Positions 30,627 through 38,268 of a DNA stretch of 53,207 bases are shown in pieces. The notes beneath the pieces were generated by a model. The model was not told the origin of the DNA and did no database searches. It saw only the letters and a list, made by a program, of their open reading frames with translations. Within the stretch, counting starts at the first letter, position 1. Each line of letters starts with the position of its first letter. Source of the DNA: Steroidobacteraceae bacterium (GTDB lineage: Bacteria > Pseudomonadota > Gammaproteobacteria > Steroidobacterales > Steroidobacteraceae); NCBI GenBank assembly GCA_035623585.1, contig DASPTE010000074.1, forward strand, positions 1-53,207, given 5' to 3'. The position numbers were made by a program, and so were the translations under genes.

Positions 30627-31740
30627 GGTGCGCATGTTAACCGAGACTTTCGCACCGGGCGCAGTGGGCGGGCGCGAGCCGACACGAGTTGTGAAGCTCC
30701 TCGGCACGGTGGCGTCCGCCACGGCGTGCGTGCTCGTCGGCGGCTGCTACTACGTGCAGGCCGCGAGCGGGGAATGGCAGGTGCTCCATGAGCGCGTGCC
30801 GATCGAGAAGGTGATCGATGACCCGCACACATCCGAGGCTTTGCGCACGCATCTCGAGAAGGAGCGCGCGGCGCGCGACTTCGCCTCGCGCGAGCTTGGG
30901 CTCCCGGACAACAAGAGCTACCGCAGCTACGCCGACATCCATCGTTCGTTCGTCGCCTGGAACGTGGTCGCCGCGCCCGAGTTCTCGGTGCAGCCGAAGA
31001 CCTGGTGCTTTCCGGTCGCCGGCTGCGTCGCCTACCGAGGTTACTTTCACGAGCAGGAGGCGCGCGATTACGCCGCGCACCTCGCCGCTGTGGAGGGTTA
31101 CGATGTCACCGTCGATGGAGTGCCCGCGTATTCGACGCTCGGCCGCTTCTCAGATCCCGTCCTCTCGAGCATGCTGCCGTACGGCGATGACGAGCTCGCC
31201 GCGACCGTCTTCCACGAGCTCGCGCATCAACTCCTCTACGTGCGCGATGATTCCGAATTCAACGAGGCCTTCGCCACGACCGTGGAAGAGGTGGGCCTCG
31301 AGCGCTGGCTCAAGTACCAGGGCGAGGAGGCGCGCATCGGTAGGTACGAGCGCGTGCAGGCCGAGCGCGAGGTCTTCTATGGCCTGCTTGCGCAGACGCG
31401 CGCGCAGCTAAGGGTCCTTTATGCCTCAGACATGCCGCGCGAGGAGATGCGCGAGCGCAAGGCTGTCATCTTCCACAATCTCGCGGGAGATGTCCGCGGC
31501 CTCGGCTCGCGCAAGGGTGCGACCGAGAGCGTGTACGAGGAGTGGCTTGCCGGGGGACTCAACAATGCCCGCCTGGCCTCGATCGCGACGTACTTCAATT
31601 GCGTGCCGGGGTTCAAGCGTCTGCTCGCCTCGGAAGACAATGATCTCGAGCGCTTCTATAGCGCCGCGCGCGAGCTCTCCAAAGAGCCTCGTGAGAAGCG
31701 CGACGCACAGCTTTGTGAGAAGCGCGAGAGCGGCGGCTAG
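30625..31740 (+). CDS. putative zinc aminopeptidase (DUF2265-like lipoprotein)
   Basis: FHELAHQ metal motif and lipobox-like LVGGC. Start uncertain (ATG 30625 or 30634, or GTG near 30691). Confidence 0.6.
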   Translation: MVRMLTETFAPGAVGGREPTRVVKLLGTVASATACVLVGGCYYVQAASGEWQVLHERVPIEKVIDDPHTSEALRTHLEKERAARDFASRELGLPDNKSYRSYADIHRSFVAWNVVAAPEFSVQPKTWCFPVAGCVAYRGYFHEQEARDYAAHLAAVEGYDVTVDGVPAYSTLGRFSDPVLSSMLPYGDDELAATVFHELAHQLLYVRDDSEFNEAFATTVEEVGLERWLKYQGEEARIGRYERVQAEREVFYGLLAQTRAQLRVLYASDMPREEMRERKAVIFHNLAGDVRGLGSRKGATESVYEEWLAGGLNNARLASIATYFNCVPGFKRLLASEDNDLERFYSAARELSKEPREKRDAQLCEKRESGG

Positions 31741-31764
31741 CCGAAGTCCGAGGAAGTAGGCGCC

Positions 31765-33120
31765 TCAGCGCAGGGGGATGAGGAGCGTCGAGCCGCCGCG
31801 GCGCACTTCGAGAACGAGCACGCCCGTGCCCTTGGCGTGCTGCTCAAGCTCGTGGACGTTGCCGACGTGACCTCGGTTCGCGCCCACGATGACATCGTCG
31901 GCTTTAAGCCCGGCCTGGGCCGCGGCACTCCCCGATTCGACGCTGCGCACGAGTGCACCGCCGGCATCGGGGGCATCGGTGAGAATTGCGCCGTCGAGCC
32001 CCTTGTGAATACTGACCGCAGCGGAGGTGACCCCGGGGCTGCTGTCGGCGATGACGGCGGTTGTGTGCATCGACTTGCCATCGCGCACGTATCCGATCTC
32101 GACCTTGTCGCCGACCCGCAGCAATCCGATGATGTTGCGCAGTTCGCTGTTTGACTTGACCGGCTGGCCGTTCACCTGCGTGATCACATCGCCGCTCCTG
32201 ATGCCGGCGTGATCGGCGGGCGAGCCTTCGACCACCTGCGAAACCAACGCGCCCGCGGCGTTCGGAAGTCCTAGGGAATGCGCGATATCAGGGGTCACGG
32301 TATACATGCTGACCCCGAGCTGGCCGCGTTTCACCGCGCCGTACTTGATGAGTTGATCGACGACATTGCGCGCCATGTTCACAGGTATCGCGAAGCCGAT
32401 GCCAATGTTGCCGCCGCCGCGCGCGAGAATGGCGGTATTGATGCCGATCAACTCGCCGCGCAGGTTGACGAGCGCGCCGCCCGAGTTCCCCGGATTGATC
32501 GAGGCATCGGTCTGGATGAAGTCCTCGTAACCGTCGGGATTGATTCCCGAGCGCGAGAGCCCGCTGATGATTCCCGAGGTCACGGTGTGCTGCAGGCCGA
32601 AGGGATTACCGATCGCCAGCACGAAATCCCCGACTTCGATCTTGGTCGAGTCCCCGAGAGCGATCTGCGAGAGACCATCGGACTTCACGCGCAGCACGGC
32701 GACATCGGAGGGGACGTCCATACCGACAACCTGGGCCTTGAGGTCGCGGCCATCCTGCAGCGTCACCGTGATCTCGGTGGCGTTCTCGACGACGTGGGCG
32801 TTGGTGACGATGTAGCCGTTGCGGGCATCGAAGATGACCCCGGAGCCCGCGCTCTGGAACGAGCGTTCACGGGAGCCGCCCTCCGGCGGGACTTCGAAGA
32901 AGCGCCGGAAAAACGGATCCTCGAGCAGCGGATTCGAGGGGCTTTTCTCGTGGATGGTGCCACGGGTTGCGATGTTGACGACCGCTGGGGAGACTTTCTT
33001 CACGATCGGCGCGAGCGTCGGCAGCGCCTGCTCGCCGACCGCGGCGGGCGTGGCAGCAGGGAGCGGTGCCGACACCGGCAGTAGCAGCAGCAGCGCTGCG
33101 AATGAAAGCGCGAGTCTCAT
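31765..33120 (-). CDS. Do/DegP/DegQ family periplasmic serine endoprotease with two PDZ domains
   Basis: Signal peptide, TNAHVV (His), D in the catalytic triad context, and GNSGGALVN (Ser). Confidence 0.9.
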   Translation of the reverse strand: MRLALSFAALLLLLPVSAPLPAATPAAVGEQALPTLAPIVKKVSPAVVNIATRGTIHEKSPSNPLLEDPFFRRFFEVPPEGGSRERSFQSAGSGVIFDARNGYIVTNAHVVENATEITVTLQDGRDLKAQVVGMDVPSDVAVLRVKSDGLSQIALGDSTKIEVGDFVLAIGNPFGLQHTVTSGIISGLSRSGINPDGYEDFIQTDASINPGNSGGALVNLRGELIGINTAILARGGGNIGIGFAIPVNMARNVVDQLIKYGAVKRGQLGVSMYTVTPDIAHSLGLPNAAGALVSQVVEGSPADHAGIRSGDVITQVNGQPVKSNSELRNIIGLLRVGDKVEIGYVRDGKSMHTTAVIADSSPGVTSAAVSIHKGLDGAILTDAPDAGGALVRSVESGSAAAQAGLKADDVIVGANRGHVGNVHELEQHAKGTGVLVLEVRRGGSTLLIPLR

Positions 33121-33190
33121 GTGGCGGGAATTCTAGCCTCACGGAGCAGGGCGCGCGCTCGCGCTCTCCGAGTGGACATAAAAAAGGAAC

Positions 33191-33223
33191 GCCGGTAGTG
33201 CGACAGCGCACTACCGGCTTTTT
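33191..33223. terminator. hairpin terminator downstream of hsp20
   Basis: 12-bp perfect stem GCCGGTAGTGCG / CGCACTACCGGC with loop ACAG. TTTTT follows directly on the plus strand. On the minus strand the T6 run is separated from the stem by GTTCC. Confidence 0.6.
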
Positions 33224-33237
33224 GGCTCAAGTGCCGA

Positions 33238-33672
33238 TTAGGCAGCCTGGACGCTGATCCGCCGCGGCTGTTCCTGGGGACGCTTCGGGATGGAAACTTC
33301 CAGCACCCCGTTGTTGTGCGTCGCCTTGATCGCCTCGGCATCCACGCTCTCGGGCAGCGTGAAGCGGCGCAGGAACGTGCCGGTAGCACGCTCGACGCTC
33401 TCGAAGCCGTCCGTGGTGGACTTCTTCTCGGAGCGGCGCTCGCCGCGAATCGTCAGCACGCCCTTGTCGGCCGTGACTTCGATGTCCTTGCCCTCAACGC
33501 CCGGCAGGTCGGCCGCCACAACGAAGCGCTCAGCCTCCTCGCGAATGTCGACATGCGGGATCCAGCTGACGCTCGCGGAATCCGCGCTCGCAGCATTCTC
33601 ACCCAGGGCACGATCGAGCTGCCGCTGAAAGCGGCTCACGATCGCCCAAGGGTCGTAACGAACGATGGTCAT
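33238..33672 (-). CDS. Hsp20 / alpha-crystallin family small heat-shock protein
   Basis: WIPHVDIREE..RFVVAADLPGV...I.V....GVLTIRGER...F.R.F.LP..VD...I.A...NGVL.V.IPK pattern. Start trimmed to MTIVRYDPW. Confidence 0.9.
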   Translation of the reverse strand: MTIVRYDPWAIVSRFQRQLDRALGENAASADSASVSWIPHVDIREEAERFVVAADLPGVEGKDIEVTADKGVLTIRGERRSEKKSTTDGFESVERATGTFLRRFTLPESVDAEAIKATHNNGVLEVSIPKRPQEQPRRISVQAA

Positions 33673-33742
33673 AACAAAAACTCCTCTGAGACAGGTATGC
33701 AAAAACTGAAACTGGGTGCGCCCTCAGGCGCGGTTGCACACG

Positions 33743-33771
33743 ATGTGCGGATGGCTGCTTTACGTTTCAAG
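33743..33771 (-). promoter_or_regulatory. sigma-32-like heat-shock promoter for hsp20
   Basis: The minus strand reads CTTGAAA, 14 nt, CCGCACAT. This compares with the consensus CTTGAAA-N13-15-CCCCATNT and sits about 70 nt upstream of the ATG. Confidence 0.5.
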
Positions 33772-33960
33772 AGCGGCGCGTGTGAACGCCATCTGCGTGT
33801 GGCGAGTCAATAGCGAAGCTCGGGCCGCACGATTTTCTTGCAGCAAAAACCTGCGCTGCGAGGCGCGCGATCACTTGAGGCTCGAGGAAGAAACCCCATC
33901 TCACGGGCGCGGCGGCGCCGCCGCTGTGGGCAGGCTGTGCAGAAGCTGTGCTTGCCCTGA

Positions 33961-33976
33961 GCACAATATATTGGGG
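33961..33976. promoter_or_regulatory. imperfect NrdR-box-like site
   Basis: GCACAATATATTGGGG matches 13 of 16 positions of the remembered NrdR-box consensus acaCwAtATaTwgtgt. Confidence 0.3.
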
Positions 33977-34099
33977 TTGGCCGGGTTCTGTTAAAGACGC
34001 GCGTTTATATAAATATTATCGTGGAACTTACAGCCAATAATCTCGTAACGCATTGAAAAATATTAATAAAAATGACATTACAAAATACCCTTCGGAGCC

Positions 34100-34128
34100 T
34101 TGACGCTTCCCCGAGTGCTCATTAGGCT
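34100..34128 (+). promoter_or_regulatory. candidate sigma-70 promoter of nrdJab
   Basis: TTGACG, 17 nt, TAGGCT, located just upstream of the palindromic NrdR box. Confidence 0.35.
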
Positions 34129-34138
34129 TTTGACCCCG

Positions 34139-34154
34139 ACACAAGATCTTGTGT
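34139..34154. promoter_or_regulatory. NrdR box (perfect 16-bp palindrome)
   Basis: ACACAAGATCTTGTGT is a perfect palindrome with the ACAC/GTGT arms of the NrdR-box consensus. It lies 10 nt downstream of the putative -10 and about 180 nt upstream of nrdJa. Confidence 0.55.
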
Positions 34155-34331
34155 TCGCGCGCCAGCGCGATCAGGGGTCACGCGGTCGGGGGAGGTTTCA
34201 GGGATCTGACTGTCTTGAAGGCAGCAGGTACCCGGTCAGGCAGCGCGGCTCGCTGAGCTCGTAGCGCTTTGATCGGTATTCCCTGTAAATCCGGCATGGC
34301 AACGAGTGCATTCGGAGCGCCGCGGATTGAA

Positions 34332-36479
34332 ATGAATACGGTCGTCAAGATTGATCCCAAAGACATCGACGCGATTCCGTTCCAGGAAGCCTCGCTCGAC
34401 ATCTGGGACAAGAAATATCGGCTGACTGCGAAGGACGGCACGCCCATCGACAAGACGATGGACGATACCTACAAGCGCGTCGCCCGAGCGCTCGCCGAGG
34501 TCGAGAGCGAGGACGTGCGCGAGAGCTGGACCGAGCGTTTTCTCTGGGCGCTGCGGCGCGGCGCGATTCCCGCGGGCCGCGTTACCTCCAACGCCGGAGC
34601 GTTCGAGCACAAGCCGGCAACATCGACGATCAATTGCACGGTCTCGGGCACGATCCATGACTCGATGGACGACATTCTCAAGAAAGTCCACGAGGCGGGA
34701 CTCACGCTGAAGGCGGGATGCGGCATCGGCTATGAGCACTCGACGCTGCGGCCGCGCGGCGCATACGTGTCGGGAGCGGGTGCCTACACGTCCGGCCCGC
34801 TTTCCTTCATGGATATTTTCGACAAGATGTGTTTCACGATCTCGTCTGCGGGTGGAAGGCGCGGGGCGCAGATGGGTACTTTCGATATCGGCCATCCCGA
34901 TGTTATGGAGTTCATCCGCGCCAAGCGCGAGAGCGGGCGTCTGCGACAATTCAATCTCTCGCTCCTCATCACGGATGAGTTTATGCGGGCCGTGCGCGAG
35001 GACCGCGAGTGGAAGCTCGCTTTTCCCGTGTCGCTCAAGGAGTACGAGACCGACAAGCCCGAGCTCGCCGATCAGACAAAGTTCATGTGGCGCGAGTGGC
35101 CGGTGCACGACGGCTACGTCGTCAATGACGACGGCCTCGTCGCTTGCAGGATCTACAAAACTCTGCCGGCGCGGCGCATGTGGGACGTCATCATGACGTC
35201 CACCTATGACTTCGCCGAGCCCGGATTCATTCTCATCGACCGCGTCAATGAGATGAACAACAACTGGTGGTGCGAGAACATTCGCGCGACGAACCCCTGC
35301 GGCGAACAAAGTCTTCCGCCCTACGGCTCATGTTTGCTCGGGTCCATCAACCTAACACGTTTCGTAAAACATCCGTTCACGGATTTCGCGGAATTCGACT
35401 GGTCGGAGTACCGCGAGGTCGTGAAGGTGTTCACGCGCATGCTCGACAATGTCGTCGAGATAAATGGACTTCCACTCGCGCAGCAGCGCGAGGAGATCCT
35501 GCGCAAGCGCCGTCATGGCATGGGATACCTCGGGCTCGGCAGCACGATGACGCTGCTCAAGATGAAGTACGGTTCGCCCGAAGCGGTGCAGTTCACCGAG
35601 GACGTGACGCGCGAGATGGCGGTCGCGGGCTGGGAGGCCGCTCTCGAGCTCGCGCGCGAGAAGGGTCCGGCACCGATCATGAACGAGGAGTTCACGGTTA
35701 CCAGGGAAATGCTGCGCAAGCGCCCGGAGATGGCGCGCGATGGCTGGAAGGCGGGCGTGAAGATCGCAGGCAGGCTCCTGCACGCCAAGTACAGCCGCTA
35801 CATGCAGCGCATCGCGCAGGTCGCACCGCAACTCGTGCACGAGCTCGCCGAGACCGGCGCGCGCTTCACGCACCACACCTCGATCGCGCCCACAGGCACG
35901 ATCTCGCTTTCGCTCGCCAACAATGCCTCGAACGGCATCGAGCCCTCGTTCGCGCATCATTACTTCCGCAACGTGATCCGGGAGGGAAAGAAAACCAAGG
36001 AAAAGATCGACGTCTATTCCTTCGAGCTACTCGCCTACCGCGAGCTGGTCAATCTAGAGGCCAAACCGGGAGCCACCACCGATGCAGAGAGACTGCCCGA
36101 GTACTTCATCGCTTCCGAAGACATCACTCCCAAGGAGCATGTCGAAGTGCAGGCTGCGGCCCAAAAGTGGGTCGATTCATCGATTTCTAAGACGGCGAAC
36201 GTGCCTACGGATTTCCCGTACGCGAAATTCAAAGACATCTATCTGTACGCATATGAGCAGGGGCTGAAGGGCTGCACGACCTTCCGCTTCAACCCGGAGG
36301 CGTTCCAGGGCGTGCTCGTGAAGGAACAGGATCTCAAGAACACGATCTACAAGTTCACCCTCGAAGACGGCTCGGTAGTCGAGGTGCGCGGGGACGAGGA
36401 GATCGAGTACGACGGTGAGGTGCACACCGCCGCCAATCTTTACGACGCGATGCGCGAGGGCTACTACGGCCGCTTCTGA
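34332..36479 (+). CDS. nrdJ: adenosylcobalamin-dependent ribonucleoside-diphosphate reductase, large N-terminal fragment (NrdJa)
   Basis: Class II RNR core motifs (TNPCGEQSLPPYGSCLLGS, SIAPTGTISL, ISKTANVP). Start ambiguous (ATG 34296 or 34332). Confidence 0.9.
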   Translation: MNTVVKIDPKDIDAIPFQEASLDIWDKKYRLTAKDGTPIDKTMDDTYKRVARALAEVESEDVRESWTERFLWALRRGAIPAGRVTSNAGAFEHKPATSTINCTVSGTIHDSMDDILKKVHEAGLTLKAGCGIGYEHSTLRPRGAYVSGAGAYTSGPLSFMDIFDKMCFTISSAGGRRGAQMGTFDIGHPDVMEFIRAKRESGRLRQFNLSLLITDEFMRAVREDREWKLAFPVSLKEYETDKPELADQTKFMWREWPVHDGYVVNDDGLVACRIYKTLPARRMWDVIMTSTYDFAEPGFILIDRVNEMNNNWWCENIRATNPCGEQSLPPYGSCLLGSINLTRFVKHPFTDFAEFDWSEYREVVKVFTRMLDNVVEINGLPLAQQREEILRKRRHGMGYLGLGSTMTLLKMKYGSPEAVQFTEDVTREMAVAGWEAALELAREKGPAPIMNEEFTVTREMLRKRPEMARDGWKAGVKIAGRLLHAKYSRYMQRIAQVAPQLVHELAETGARFTHHTSIAPTGTISLSLANNASNGIEPSFAHHYFRNVIREGKKTKEKIDVYSFELLAYRELVNLEAKPGATTDAERLPEYFIASEDITPKEHVEVQAAAQKWVDSSISKTANVPTDFPYAKFKDIYLYAYEQGLKGCTTFRFNPEAFQGVLVKEQDLKNTIYKFTLEDGSVVEVRGDEEIEYDGEVHTAANLYDAMREGYYGRF

Positions 36480-36508
36480 GCGCGGGCAGTTAAAGCAGGA
36501 AAACCAAC

Positions 36509-37246
36509 ATGACCAAGATCGACCGCAAGATCGTCAAGTATCAGGTGCAGAAGCCTGAAGAGAAGCCCGCCGCGGCGGCGGCGCAAGCTCCCGCGGCCCC
36601 GCAGGGCGGGGAGCCCGAGATCGTGCGCGACAAGAATGGCGGCACCGCCAAAGTAATCCGCATGCACGAGAAGCTCGAGCGTCCGGAAATGCTGGTCGGC
36701 TCGACCTACAAGATCAAGACGCCGATCTCCGATCACGCCATGTACGTGACGATCAACGACATCGTGCTGAACGAGGGTACCGAGTACGAGCAGCGCCGGC
36801 CGTTCGAGATCTTCATCAACTCGAAGAATCTCGATCACTTCCAGTGGATCGTGGCGCTCACGCGCATCATCTCCGCGGTGTTCCGCAAGGGGGGCGATGT
36901 CACCTTCCTCGTCGATGAGCTCAAGGCGGTGTTCGACCCGCGCGGCGGCTATTGGCAGCCGGGCGGCAAGTTCATGCCATCGATCATCGCCGAGCTCGGC
37001 TACGTCATCGAGAAACACCTGCAGGCGATCGGCTTGATCCGCAAGAGCCCCCTCGATCCCCACCAGCAAAAGTTCGTCGACCAGAAGCGCGCCGAGTACG
37101 AGGCGCGCGCCAAGCAGACCGACGCCTTCGCCAAGCCGCACTTCCCCGAAGGCGCCCAGCTCTGCGGCCGCTGCAGCACGGCGGCGGTCGTCATGATGGA
37201 CGGCTGCATGACGTGCCTGAACTGCGGTGATTCGAAGTGTGGTTAA
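36509..37246 (+). CDS. class II ribonucleotide reductase C-terminal fragment (NrdJb)
   Basis: Lies 29 nt after nrdJa. Continues the RNR C-terminal region (YKIKTP...MYVTIND, PFEIFINSK) and ends in a Cys-rich tail CGRCSTAAVVMMDGCMTCLNCGDSKC. The split architecture is known from Pseudomonas aeruginosa nrdJab. Confidence 0.8.
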   Translation: MTKIDRKIVKYQVQKPEEKPAAAAAQAPAAPQGGEPEIVRDKNGGTAKVIRMHEKLERPEMLVGSTYKIKTPISDHAMYVTINDIVLNEGTEYEQRRPFEIFINSKNLDHFQWIVALTRIISAVFRKGGDVTFLVDELKAVFDPRGGYWQPGGKFMPSIIAELGYVIEKHLQAIGLIRKSPLDPHQQKFVDQKRAEYEARAKQTDAFAKPHFPEGAQLCGRCSTAAVVMMDGCMTCLNCGDSKCG

Positions 37247-37300
37247 CGCTCAAGGTTTCTGCGCCAACCAACCGGCACTGATAGACCCCGAGCGCAACTG

Positions 37301-37332
37301 ACGAGGCAGCCATCCGGGCTGCCTCGTTTTGT
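37301..37332 (+). terminator. intrinsic terminator of nrdJab
   Basis: 11-bp perfect stem ACGAGGCAGCC / GGCTGCCTCGT with loop ATCCG, followed by TTTTGT. Confidence 0.75.
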
Positions 37333-37435
37333 CAGTGCGGATCTAATCGAGCGCGCTACCGCTCCGTGCGGACGATCGCCTATGATTTCGGGCGTCGCGG
37401 CTGCGCAGCGTTGCGCAAGTGAGGGGAGCCAAAAG

Positions 37436-37726
37436 ATGAGAACACCAAGAGGGATGCTGATCGCGCTTGCGATAGCTGTGATCGGTACGGGCTGCGCGGC
37501 GCAGAAGATCAGCGCCGTGCCGGGTGCCGATGCGGTCAAGGTCACGAGCAATAATGCGGACGTCGCCAACTGCAACCCGCTCGGCAACGTCACCTATTAC
37601 GCAACCGACCCGAATGCGAAGCAGCTGGCACTGAATGCGACCGTCGGCCTTGGCGGGAACACGCTCCAGCTGCTCGATAACCCGGGCCAGTACGGCGGGG
37701 TCGCCTACAAGTGTCCCGTTAAGTAG
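37436..37726 (+). CDS. small lipoprotein (DUF4156-like)
   Basis: Lipobox IGTGC, GAGGGGA RBS, 96 aa. The pattern C..LG.V......A.N.....G.NT......G.AYKC resembles DUF4156 as I recall it. Confidence 0.55.
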   Translation: MRTPRGMLIALAIAVIGTGCAAQKISAVPGADAVKVTSNNADVANCNPLGNVTYYATDPNAKQLALNATVGLGGNTLQLLDNPGQYGGVAYKCPVK

Positions 37727-37865
37727 GAGCGGCTTTCTTCCGTGTTAACCTGCCGCCGCTGACTCAATCCTTTATCGGCGGCGGCGTTGCGTGAACCATC
37801 CCGGGCCGTCTGGCTCGGGATAGGTCCCTCGCGTCCCCCGATCTAAAGCTCGCCACCGGATGCGG

Positions 37866-37893
37866 AAAAAAAGACCCCGCCAGGAGGCGGGGT
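37866..37893 (-). terminator. strong orphan intrinsic terminator (minus strand only)
   Basis: The minus strand reads ACCCCGCC-TCCT-GGCGGGGT, then C and TTTTTTT. On the plus strand the A-run precedes the hairpin, so it is unidirectional. Confidence 0.75.
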
Positions 37894-38041
37894 GTCGGTC
37901 GCTTTGCTTGTGTGGAGGAGTGTCTTCTCGTTGTTATCCGGTCAGCGCGCGATAGTCCCTACCTTCCCCAATTCTCGATTCCGGACCCGCGCGTTCTTTG
38001 ATAATCCCTGTGGCTTTCCTTCCGCCGAAATTTGCTGTTCC
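37866..38041 (-). ncRNA. candidate sigma-54-dependent small RNA (about 175 nt, GGA-rich), family unknown
   Basis: Bounded by the sigma-54 promoter match and the orphan terminator. The interval has no ATG-initiated ORF on the minus strand. It contains 8 GGA triplets and a CUCCUCC tract. Confidence 0.45.
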
Positions 38042-38047
38042 TATGAA

Positions 38048-38067
38048 GTGAGCAACACTCGTGCCAG
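38048..38067 (-). promoter_or_regulatory. sigma-54 (-24/-12) promoter match
   Basis: The minus strand reads C-TGGCACG-AGTG-TTGCT-CAC. This is an exact match to TGGCACG-N4-TTGCW with GG-N10-GC spacing. Confidence 0.55.
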
Positions 38068-38268
38068 CGCGATTTCCCTTTAACTAAATATGCTGCGACG
38101 CATGTGCAGAGCCTCGCGGGAACGAAGCGGCCTTCGCCGAGTCTTCGGCCTTGGAGCCGGTGTCAAAATAGCCGACGCATTGATGCGCGGGCGCGACATC
38201 GTCCGAGCGCAGCGTACGCGGCAAACCTTTGAATTTTCTGGCGAAGCGTGCGGTTTCGAGAGCTGTAA

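Noticed and set aside
33991-34090. The AT-rich tract as a replication origin or DnaA-box cluster
   Set aside because: No TTATCCACA-like DnaA boxes and no 13-mer repeats. It is only about 100 bp long and sits in a promoter region.
34155-34331. Possible cobalamin riboswitch in the nrdJ 5' leader
   Set aside because: I could not find the B12-box (AGYCMGGAGACCKGCC-like) or the conserved GGUG/GCCACUG core elements. B12-dependent repression of a B12-dependent RNR would also be biologically odd.
37866-38041. Identification of the candidate RNA as 6S RNA, RsmY/RsmZ or GlmY
   Set aside because: No resemblance to the E. coli 6S sequence or structure that I recall, and no zapA/ygfA context. No GacA-box (TGTAAG-N6-CTTACA) upstream. 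TGTC-N9-GACG at 38161..38177 does not fit the GlrR TGTC-N10-GACA site. It is left as an unclassified RNA.
37892-38083. 63-aa plus-strand ORF inside the candidate sRNA locus
   Set aside because: No RBS, low GC3 and atypical composition. It is antisense to the promoter-terminator pair.
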